Shown piece by piece: positions 53,401 through 64,000 of a stretch of 64,000 nucleotides of DNA. Numbering within the stretch: position 1 is the stretch's first letter; each line of letters begins with the position of its first letter. The translations under genes and the position numbers were made by a program. Source of the stretch: Octopus sinensis (Eukaryota); assembly GCF_006345805.1 (NCBI RefSeq), contig NC_042999.1, positions 5,580,001-5,644,000 on the forward strand. The letters are read 5' to 3'. The notes under the pieces are model-generated. The model saw nothing but the letters and a program-made list of their open reading frames with translations, did not search any database and was not told where the DNA came from.

Positions 53401-53560
53401 TTTGCCTAAGGTGACACTTGTTCACTGGTCAAGTTTCAAGAACCCTGTGAAGAATTCTTGCAATTTCGAGCAATGCTGATATTCGTAGGTGTTCTACCTT
53501 CACACTTTCATCAATATTTTTCAGCCATGTTGGTAGTTGAGTGCTGATACTTCCCAAATG
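48540..53560 (-). mobile_element. Cluster of decayed R4/Dong-like (RLE) LINE fragments plus one RTE-X-like 3' end (48930-49260)
   Basis: HLLNMDDLKLYAK (RT); MHGQY...LKAEAKGFIQAAQDQSL...CKHC...ESIDHI (CCHC knuckle); RPDIVV (RLE nuclease); LQKSVLLGTARIL ends with (TAA)n tails. Confidence 0.8.
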
Positions 53561-56500
53561 CACCAATTACTATTGCTATCACATCTACTCTTCCTGATTT
53601 ATCACAACCTTCGTATTTCCCACTTTAAATCATCATAGTTGTTTAATTTTTCTTCTTCTTTTCACATTGATCCTGTTGTCACCACAGCATGCTATATTGA
53701 TTATTATTGTGGTTCTTATGATAATTCTGAGGATGCATGGCCTAGTGCTTAGGGTGTTGCACTCACGATCACAAGATCGTGGTTTCAATTCTTAGGCTGG
53801 GTGCTGTGTTGTATTCTTGAGCAAAACACTTCATCTTATGTTGCTCTGTGATCACTTTGGCATCTGACATGTGGTACACAGTGCACCTTGGAGAAAGTTG
53901 AGCTAATGTACAGCACACACATTCGATCACTATAAACAAATCATTTGTTCAGAAAGCTGGACACTCAAATGTTGCCTTTGACAGGAGAGTCCGTCGTCAT
54001 AATTAGGCAAATTGGTTAGATGGAGAATCTGTTTTAGTTCAAGGCTTTAATCAGTTTACTGTAATTGAAAAATGCATGACCATCACATAATTACATTTCC
54101 TTACCTTTTACATTTTTAATTGCCTACATAACATATTCTTGTGAAACATGATATATTTTTGTCTTTTTCAATTTTGAGAATTTTTAGTCGTTGAAAGAAT
54201 GTCAATATTTACAAATATTGAGACAAAATGTAAATTAAATTTATTGCATATTTGAGATTAAAATCTTTCGTTCAGTATTGTCACAAAAGAATGTTTTCTT
54301 TGTGTATTTGATCTAAAAAAAAAAATGGGTTCTAGTGTAACTAAAGATATCACTGCACCTCCCTCTGACCAACCCCATTTTCTTATCTTTATTCCCATAA
54401 CACTGCTTCATTGATCTTGAGACAATTACTTACGGCAATGGTTCCCAAACTTTTTCAGGCTGCAGCCCCCTTGACCCTCGAGTCACAATCCTAGTGCCCC
54501 CCTCCCCTCAGCACCACAAACGCAGAAAATTCAAAACAACAGTATTTCACAAATATAACTTAGCCTAATTAACCCATTATTTTTTAGAGGGAGTGGGGTG
54601 GGACAGAGTGGAGTTGCATCCATCGCCCCCTTTTGGCCTCATTATTACCTCGCTTTTCTTCAAAGCCCCTCTTGATCTTTCTGCTGCCGACATGGGGTTA
54701 CCACTGCTACCGCTGATGCAAATTCCTTGTTAGGCAACTGTAAGAAATACATGACTAAGATGATTCTAATATATCTAGCATTCATCAATCTGGAGAAGGC
54801 CTTTGATTTGAGAGTTATTAAGAATAAGTGAATGCCTTGTGAGGACTGTCCAAGCTTATGTGTACCTATATGTGCCACTGGATATGCATTGTCAAATATG
54901 CATGAAGAACAGGATGCAAATGTGTTGTGAGAAAAACTGAGTGCAAGGGGAATCAGATGCAGTGTGTAAGAGAGAAGACTGTTGGTATGAACATGTGATG
55001 CTGTATAAAGAAGTGCCAATTGCTTAATGTTGATGGAACATATGATAAAAAGGAGATGGCTGATTTCAGGATGCTGAGCCTAACTGTAAAGATGACAAAG
55101 GACTGGGATGGTTGGCGATATGTGGTTATATTGGCCATACTTGTACAACACTCTCCTGTAGGCTCACCATGCATTTACAACAAGGAGCAATCACTACACA
55201 CTACACCAAACACCAGAAAACAAATTAAGATAGAAAAATACTAGTGGACAATACATTCATACTGTATTTTATTTTTTCACAAAAATAGAAGATTGATCCC
55301 CAAAGCTGTACACACATCATGATAGAATGCTAAATTTTACACATTAAAGTGATTGATGATATGGAAGCCAAATAGTCAAAAAAACTTGGTAGTAAACCCT
55401 ACATAAATTTGACTATTACAAAAGAGGTGATACAAAGCCAAATATATTTTGTATCCTGATTATGAGGCTGTGAAAGTCTAGAAACATTGGTTATATTGTA
55501 GATCTAGGAATTTTATTGTTCCAAACAAACTGCAAAAAATTTATATGGAAATGTGAAAAATCTTTTAAGTGTGTGTGTGTGTTTGTGTAAATCATTTAAC
55601 AATCACTTTTCCATGCTTGCATGGCTTAGATGTAATTTGATGAGGCAGATTTTCTATGGCCACATGCAGTTTCTGTTACTGACCCTCACCTATTTCCAAG
55701 CAAGATATTTCCCCATGGCCTGGCATATTTTCCATAGAAGAATAGAAACACACAGTATTGCTTGTACAACAGTGATGCTTCTTTACAACCATCACATGAT
55801 GTCTAAACAAATAAAGGCACACACACACACACACACATACGGAGGCATGTGCATCGATTTAGTCCTACTTGGGCGTCTTCATCATCATCATCATCATTGT
55901 TTAACGTCCGCTTTCCATGCTAGCATGGGTTGGACGATTTGATTGAGGGCTGGCGAACCAGATGACTGCACGAGGCTCCAATCTTGATCTGGCAGAGTTT
56001 CTACAGCTGGATGCCCTTCCTAACGCCAACCACTCCGAGAGTGTAGTGGGTGCTTTTTATGTGCCACCGGCATGGGAGCCAGTCAGGCAGTACTGGCAAT
56101 GACCTCGCATGAATCTTTTTACACATGCCACTGGCACAGGTGCCAGTAAGGCGACACTGGTATGCATGCATAGATGGCAGGCTTCTTTCAGTTTCCATCA
56201 ACCAAATCCACTCACAAGGCCCTGATTGGCCTGGTGCTTTTGCAGAAAACACTTGCTCGAGGTGCCATGCAGTGGAACTGAACCCAAGACCACATGGGCT
56301 CAGTCTCATTTGGTCAAGTGTCTTCTCTGATATACATGGAAGACAGATGTTAAGTGGTGAAGATTATGCTGATGTGTATATCCATCATTTTGCTCATGTT
56401 TCTATGTTGATTTTTCCACGTTTGTCTGGGTCAGGTGAGAAATTTATTGTCAGTTTTGTATGGCTGTGTACCCCCCAGCCCCACCCTCAACTCCAATCCT

Positions 56501-57419
56501 AACCTGGTTCCACACAATAATTACCCAGTCCTTCAAAGAACGAGCAGCTTGAACATTCTTTCATTGAGGACTGCATACAAACTACCATTGTCTGACTGAA
56601 TGGTTAGGCTTTTTATATACATGTCAAGACAAGTTGGAATACGAATTCACTCGTGCACATGCACACACACGTTTGTATGTGTATGTGTATCTATACATGT
56701 GTAAGTGTAGGTCATCATCATCATCGCCGCCATCATTAAACCTCTGTTTTCCATGCTGGCATGGACTGGACGATTTGACAGGAATTGGCAAGCTAGAAAG
56801 CTGCCCCAGGCTCCAGTCATCTGTTTTGGCTTGGTTTCTATGGCTGGATGCCCCTCCTAATGAAAAACCCACTTTACTGGTATGTGCTGGATGCTTTTAA
56901 CATGGCACGGGCATGAGCGCTTTTATGTGGCATTGACACAAATGGTTTTTATGTGGCACTGGCCCAGGACTCGTGTAGGCCAATTCTCTTCACCAGAGGA
57001 GAGTGTACTTGGTACTTCTTTTGTGTCACTGGCATGAGTATATACGTCCGTTTTCCATGCTGGCAGTTCAACTGGGGTGTGGGAAGTCAGGAGGCTGCAA
57101 CAGGCTCCAGTCTGATCTGGCAGTGTTTCTACAACTGGACACCCTTCCTAATGCCAACCACTCCGAAAAGCACCACTCATGTGTTGAAGCATATTTTATT
57201 GTGTCAGGGGAGAGTCATTCTGTTTTAATGCCTTATTAACACACTCACTGGTTTGATTTCCACTTATTTTAGTTTTTCTAAGATTTTCATTGCATCTTGC
57301 AACCTTTTCAATAGTCATTGATTCTGTCTGTTATCTGAGCTGCATTCTTTTTGTTTGTTTGTGTGAATGTATGTGTGTGTGTGTATAGGCTTCATGTATG
57401 GGAAGTGGAGGAGCTGCAC

Positions 57420-58430
57420 TCTGTTGTTCAGTATCATGGACCGGAAGTCTATTGTTTGGGTTCCTATATAATAGGGTAATCTATAGTTACCTTGATACTT
57501 TGGTGGATGGAGTTCATTATGTGCTGGATGCTCTCTATTATGTTCCTCTCGATTTCTACACTACAGTTACTACATACCTACAATAAAGTGAAACAGTTGT
57601 GGATTGTTCAGCTAAGGATTGTTTAAGTTTTCTGTCTCACCAGGTCATGAAGAGGCCAGCCACACCAACACCAATGGCTGCACCTTGAATCTACATCTAT
57701 AGTTTCCTGTTAACCCTTTAGCATTTAAACCGGCGATATCCAATCAAAAGTATTCTTTGTTTTATGTTCAAACAGGCCAGATCTGACATCTCACACCAAC
57801 CCTACAATATCAGTTTAAAAATTAACAGTTACCTCATCAAAATCTCATAGCTACAAGATAATGCCTGATTAGTTCAAAACAATGTGAATAAAAACGGATT
57901 AATTTTGGCAGAATAATGTGAACACTAAAGGGTTAAACTTTACTATGTGGTTTTTCAAGGTGGTTCTTATGCTAGCTCCTTCTTTTCACTTGACTGCTGT
58001 ACTCAGGGTCCTGGGTGTGTATGGTCCCACCACTCCAGTGCCCTGTGGTGCTTTTCTTCACTGCCGAGGCGATGGTATGTAGGATTAATCTTGGCATTAA
58101 CTGAAGAACTAGAAATGTAGTCTACAGCATAAGGTGCATAGAGGGTGCTTGTAAAGACAAGAACATGACATACATTGGTGAGACATCTAGAAGCATTGTG
58201 GAAAGACTAAATGAATATTTGAGACAATATGATGACCAAAAAAAACCATCCTCCATACTCTAGCTACATGGAGGCACACAGGGTCAACTTGACATCCGCA
58301 TTTTATCCAAGCACCCAGGGAACCCAACACTCAAACATGGAGTATGTCCCCTGTACAAAATAGAAGGTAGTGATACTCCAATACCCACAGTTTATACATA
58401 ATAGGGAGATTGTTAGTAGGTTATTATGTA
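57420..58430. mobile_element. Penelope-like element relic: RT fragment on -, GIY-YIG endonuclease fragment on +
   Basis: + 58108-58260 reads TRNVVYSIRCIEGACKDKNMTYIGETSRSIVERLNEY (VY...YIGET-R GIY-YIG signature). - about 57420-57580 reads IQHIMNSIHQSIKVTIDYP then PNNRLPVHDTEQ (frameshifted), resembling the PLE RT C-terminal motif. Confidence 0.75.
57714..57932. mobile_element. piggyBac-type MITE inserted in the Penelope relic
   Basis: TTAA-CCCTTTAG ... CTAAAGGG-TTAA. A related partial copy starts at about 43604. Confidence 0.75.
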
Positions 58431-58749
58431 TGTATGTATGTATGTATATATATACATCATCATCATCATCGTTTAACATCCGATGATGATGATGATGTAT
58501 ATATATACATACATACATACATAATAACCTACTAACAATCTCCCTATTATGTATAAACTGTGGGTATTGGAGTATCACTACCTTCTACGTATATATCTAT
58601 TTTGTACATGGGACATACTCCATGTCTGAGTGTTGGGTTCCCTGGGTGCTTGGATAAAATGCGGATGTCAAGTTGACCCTGTGTGCCTCCATGTAGCTAG
58701 AGTATGGAGGATGGTTTTTTTGGTCATCATATTGTCTCAAATATTCATT
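58210..58749. repeat. 540-bp fold-back palindrome: arms 262/269 bp, 9-nt loop
   Basis: 58210-58471 pairs with 58481-58749, with 2 substitutions and 3 indels; loop TTTAACATC. Confidence 0.97.
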
Positions 58750-60539
58750 CAAAAAGAGAGAGAAAATGATTTCTAATAAAGATTCATCATATTCATAAAA
58801 AACAGCCAGAGTAAGTAATAAGAATATGGAAATATATTCTTATTACTTGCTGTTATGAATATTCAATATATGTATACACACACACACATAAGTAGTTAAA
58901 TGAATATGTAAGTAAACAGATAAATAAGTAGATAGATAGGTACATAGGTAATACACACAGACAAGCTCACATACATACACACGAGAGAGAGAGAGATCTG
59001 CAGAAATTGTTATGGTTTGTGTCATTCCTTTTCTGACCAGACTATGAGAAAAGGAGAAACACATTCTGACTCTTAAGCTGTTACCATATTCTCACATATA
59101 CTGCGTTCTCTGTGCATGTCTGACCGGCTCATTTTATTAACCGAATCTGCTTGAACCAACTTATAAATATATTTTAAATATTTATACCTAAATACTTGAT
59201 TAATACATCCAACAAAGGATTGTCTAATTCATTGAATTCCATACCCGAGTTCTATTCAAGTTGCTCACAAAGGCAACAACACCTCTAGCTGCATTCATTT
59301 AGGCAGACAAACCAGATAACTTTGTGTACTTCTAGCGAGTATATAAAGGAATCTAACATTGAATAAAATCTGCAGGATTCAAAGTTACTTGTTATAACTT
59401 TAGAAATGTTACATTATCATAATTAAATTCAAATTACAATGAAAGTAAGTGGGTGCTTTTTACCTGACACTGGCATTGGCCATGACTACAGTCTCACTTG
59501 GCTTGACAGGTCAACACAAGCACAGTATATTGCCTAGGGTTGTGGTCACCCAGCACTTGAATGATGCTTTTATGTGGCACGGGCATCAGCTTTAAAAGCA
59601 TTGAGATGTCTAGAAAGTTAAGGAAGTAATTTTTATTCTCAAACGCAGGATAAGGCTAATAATATAGCATGAACAGGATAAACTACCCATATTTTGCAGA
59701 AAAATGTGTCAGCTGCCAGCCTGGCTGCACCAGGTTCCAATCTGATTTGGCAAGGTTTCTGTGGCTGGATGCCCTTCGTAATGCCAACCACTCCGAGAAT
59801 ATAGTGGGTGCTTTTTACTTGGCACTGGCATTGGCCATGACTACAGTCTCACTTGGCTTGACAGGTCAACACAAGCACAGTATATTGCCTAGGGTTGTGG
59901 TCACCTGTCACTGCCTCCACGAGGCCCAGCGCTTGAATGATGCTTTTACATGGCACGGGCATCAGCCACAACTATGATTTCACTTGGCTCAACAGTTTTC
60001 ACAAGCACAGCATATCGCTCAACAATTGAAAAGTACTTTTAACAGGCCAGTTATGCAACACTGGCATCAACCATGACTACAATACCACTTTGCTTGATGT
60101 CACTGCCTCCATGAAGCTCAACGCACAAATGGTGCTTTTTATGTGCCAGTCAGATGGTACAGGCATCAGCCATGACTACGATTTCACTTGGTTCAACGGG
60201 TCTTCAAGCACAATATATCGCTCAACAATTGAAGAGTGCTTTTAATGGGCTGGTTATGCAACACTGGCATCAACCATGACTATGATCTCACTCAGCTTGA
60301 TGTCACTACCTCCATGAGGCCCAACGCACTAATGGTGCTTTTTATGTGCCACTGGTACGGATGCCAGCCACAACTACATATCACCCAACGATTCAAATAT
60401 TTCCAATTCTGTTATATGTCTGTGAACATGATATTATGGTTGACAGTTAATGCTTTTTTATTGTCTGTTTCATGTTTTTTTTTATTGTTATTATCATTAC
60501 TTGTTATTAAACAATTTTACTTTTCAATGGTTTGTTTAG

Positions 60540-60641
60540 ATGACTTCCAGTGATAAAGATTTTCGTTTTATGGCTACAAATGATCTGATGGGAGAATTAC
60601 AGAAAGATTCCATTAAATTGGACGATGAAAGTGAAAGAAAG
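60540..60641 (+). CDS. CAND1: CAND1 coding exon 2 ([34 protein letters not shown])
   Basis: tttgtttag acceptor, AAG|gtatgt donor, 102 nt, phase 0-0. Nearly identical to the recalled CAND1 residues 15-48. Confidence 0.97.
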
Positions 60642-62300
60642 GTATGTAGCATCATGAATTCTAGCAGGATCTGTGGAAATTCTACAGTGTGAGTCGGCAT
60701 ATTTGAAAACCTCGTTAATGTATAAATATTAAACACAAGCAAGGAATTTTAAAATTTTCTTTAGAAATCCTACCATTTAAAAATAAAAGTGTAACATCCT
60801 CAGCCATTTTCTAATGTTATTTCACATTAATTTAACTCCCTCTTGATATATCACTTAATGCATAAATTTATAGATCCTTGTGACGTTGTTTCATTATGTT
60901 AAATATTTCGACTGATTTGAACACCCAAATGGCTAATAATATAAACCTCTTTATTTTTTTCATCTTCATCATCGTTTAATGTCCGTTTTCCATGCTGGCA
61001 TGGGTTTGATGGTTTGACGAAAGCTGACAAGCTGGGGAGCGGCACCAGACTCCAGTCTGATCTGGCATGGTTTCTATGGCCAGATGCCCTTTCTAACGCC
61101 AACCACTTTACAGAGCGTGCTGGGTGCTTGTGTGATGTCACACAGCTGCTTTTACGTGCCACCACCACGAGTGCTTTTCACCCCCAGAGGGACCACTTCT
61201 ACAGTGGAGTTCGAGGTCTTCTTGAGTACAGCAAGGTGCCAGGCATCTCAGTCCTTTGTCATCTTGTCTGAAAGCTTCAGCATCCTGAGGTTGTTTTGCT
61301 GTACTTCGTCCCATATCTTCCTGGGTCTCTCACTTCCACATGTTCCATCTACTTTAAGAGATTGGCACTCCTTTATGGAGCTGTCAGCATCTATCTGCAA
61401 AAACATGACCAAACCAGCATGGTCTTCTCTCTTGCACACAGCAACTAATTTTTCATTGATTCCATACCACAAATTCCTTACTATTTAACAGCACGGAATT
61501 TTGTCAGTGAACAGGTTGCAGTCTCAAAGTGACGAAAATATTTTGGCAAATTAAATTTAACAAATTACTGTTTACATTCATCAAGACCAGTTTTTTTGAC
61601 ATCGAAGAAAAGATAGGCTTCCAAGCTAAAACATACTCACTAACCTCTCATTCATACTAGTTCCATTTTTGGTACAAAACATAAGAATTGCTTTTAGCAC
61701 TCAGAGACAGAACCCTGTTTGCTGACAAGAATAATGTTTTATTCGAGCTTGATCATTACCAGCATCACCTTACTGGCACTCTAGCCCCGTGTTAGCAGGG
61801 TATTAAGAGCATCATCCGAGCATGATCGTTGCCAGAGCAGCTATCTGGCCTCCGTGCCGGTGGAACATAAAAGACACCATTCGAGCGTGATCGTTACCAG
61901 CATCGCCTTACTGGCACCTGTACTGGTGGCATGTGTAAAAAGATTCGAGCGAGGTCGTTGCCAGTACCACCTCACTGGCACGTAAGAGCACCCACTACAC
62001 TCTTGGAGTGGTCGGCGTTAGGAAGGGCATCCAGCTGTAGAAACACTGCCAGATCAAGACTGGAGCCTGGTGCAGCCATCTGGTTCGCCAGCCCTCAGTC
62101 ATTCGTCCAACCCATGCTAGCATGGAAAGTGGACGTTAAACAATGATGATGTAAATTTTGATGTTTAACATGGAGGAAGATCAAGATATTGAGCTTTTTT
62201 TTTTCCATTTCTGTTCTGGTTATGCAAATGAGCTTTGCCTTCACTAAATCTATTTATATTTTGTTGTTTACTAAACAAATTCTTTTGTGTTATTTTGTAG

Positions 62301-62368
62301 GTTGTAAAAATGCTTTTAAAATTGCTTGAAGACAAAAATGGTGAAGTTCAGAACTTAGCTGTAAAATG
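62301..62368 (+). CDS. CAND1: CAND1 coding exon 3 ([22 protein letters not shown] + TG)
   Basis: ttttgtag acceptor, TG|gtaaga donor, 68 nt. Resembles CAND1 [23 protein letters not shown]. The gene continues beyond the window. Confidence 0.97.
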
Positions 62369-62509
62369 GTAAGAGATATTGTTGTTATGGTTGTCATCAT
62401 CATCATCATTACCACTAGCACCACCACCAACAACATCACCATTATCATCATCACTTCTGCTTTTCCTGTTTGCATGGGTTGGCTGGGTCTTCTCTAACAG
62501 TATTTCATC

Positions 62510-63310
62510 ATTTGTCATAATCTCTCTCTGCTGCTTGTTCCTTCTACGTTGATCGTTTATACCAGACATCATATATGTCTCTACCAGACAGTCTTCTCTC
62601 TTACATGCCTTATCCGATTCCATTTTCACCAGATTTTCTCTCACTGGAGAAGATTGGAAGAAGTCCTTTCTGCAATATGGACACATTTATCTGAGTTTAT
62701 GTTTCCCTCACACTCCACCAGCTCTGATTGAGCATTGCTCCAAATTGCTCCCCAGGCCATCACAGAATAGCTGCCATGTTTCATTGTTGGCTGCAATCTT
62801 TTCATGTCAAATTCTTGATCACAGTCTCCAGACCCACACTTGACCACTGTCAGAAAATACTGCAAATCTGGACTCATCAGAGAATATGGTAGTAGCCACT
62901 CTATCATTGCATTGGCCTAATCTTTTCTCCACTTGATATTGGCTGATTGAAGAAGTGGCTTCCTTCTTGCTGCTCTGCCAAGTTTGTGGAGATACCTGAC
63001 AGCTGTTCTGGGACTGACATCAACTTGTTCTGCTATGTCAGAAGCCTTGCAATGAGGATTATCCTCCACACTTCACTTAACAAAGCAAAGGTTCCTGTCA
63101 GAGGGCCCTGGTCGACCTGGGCAAAGTGATGCGGACTCCTTCCCCTCTCTGGTGAATTGCACAATCACCCTATTAACTGTAGAAAAAGGGACCCCAAAAT
63201 TTTCTGCAATTTTACACTGGCTAAGTCCACTTTCAGATTGACCTACAATAAAGCCTCTTTGAAATTTGGACAGTTCCAAGGCTTCTTTTGTATATGGCAT
63301 GATTAAACAT
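62510..63310 (-). mobile_element. Tc1-like transposase relic in CAND1 intron 3
   Basis: [37 protein letters not shown]...GRP and PTMKHGSYSVMAWGAIWS...EGNINS. Confidence 0.8.
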
Positions 63311-64000
63311 AAAAACGTTCATTAATCATCATCATCATCATTTAACGTCCGCTTTCCATGCTAACATGGATTGGACGGTTCAACTGGGGTCTGGGAAGCC
63401 CGAAACCATTTGAAGTTAAAATAAACATAAAACAACGTTTTATGGGGGTGTCTATTTACTTCTATCACATCTGTATATATATATAACATGACCGCCTGAC
63501 TGGCCCTGTGCCAGTGGTATGTTAAAAAGCACCATCCGAACGTGGCTGATACCAGTACCTTCTGATTGGCCCCCGTGCCGGTGGCACATAGAAAGCACTA
63601 TCCAAACGTGATTGATGCCAGGCCCACCTGACTGGCTCCTGGACCACTGGCACATAAAAAGCACCCCCACTACACTCTTGGAGTGGTTGGCATTAGGAAG
63701 GGCATCCAGCTGTAGAAACTCTGCCAAATCAAGATTGGAGCCTGGTGCAGCCATCTGGCTTGCCAGTCCTCAGTCAAACCATCCAACCAATGCCAGCATG
63801 GAAACTCAAAGCAACTGTATTTCACACATAAAATTTAACCTAATGAACCCATTATTTTGCTATCCCTTTATTGCCCCACTTTTTACATGAACCACTACCC
63901 CATTATCATCCCACTTTTCTTCAATGCTCCCTTGGAACTTTCCACTGCCCCCAGGCAGGCAATACCTCCCAATTTGGGAACCATTGCCCTATAGGAACAG

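Noticed and set aside
58101-58122. CTGAAGA...GAAA hammerhead-like words at the start of the GIY-YIG fragment
   Set aside because: There is no room for stem II and no stem I; a chance match in coding relic sequence.
12612-58626. Both long palindromes contain an A:C mismatch on the transcribed strand, as a general rule
   Set aside because: Any transition gives A:C or G:U with roughly equal odds, so two of two is not significant.

Overview
This is animal genomic DNA, most likely from an octopus (coleoid cephalopod). That assignment is inferred from the SINE repertoire and the AT/microsatellite-rich style, not from a database search. Two spliced genes sit head to head with start codons about 19.2 kb apart. 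SNX17 is on the - strand: coding exons 1-3 at 25255-25320, 13205-13279 and 1606-1723, continuing past the left edge. CAND1 is on the + strand: coding exons 1-3 at 44561-44602, 60540-60641 and 62301-62368, continuing past the right edge. The rest is intronic or intergenic and packed with four SINE families, decayed LINEs (RTE, CR1, R4/Dong), Tc1/mariner relics, MITEs, a Helitron-like element, an Academ-like relic and a Penelope-like relic. Nearly all ORFs in the six-frame track are spurious or TE-derived. The most unusual signal is a set of inverted, Penelope-style structures inside introns. (1) A 273-bp near-perfect palindrome at 12583-12855 carries a type I hammerhead ribozyme fold on each strand; its only arm mismatch changes the cleavage triplet from GUA to GCA in the copy that lies in the SNX17 pre-mRNA. 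(2) A tRNA-headed short element at 17164-17553 carries a minimal hammerhead plus an inverted copy of its own 3' end. (3) A Penelope RT/GIY-YIG relic ends in a 540-bp fold-back palindrome in CAND1 intron 1. Repeat boundaries are approximate, and family names come from recalled motifs and need Dfam/Repbase confirmation.
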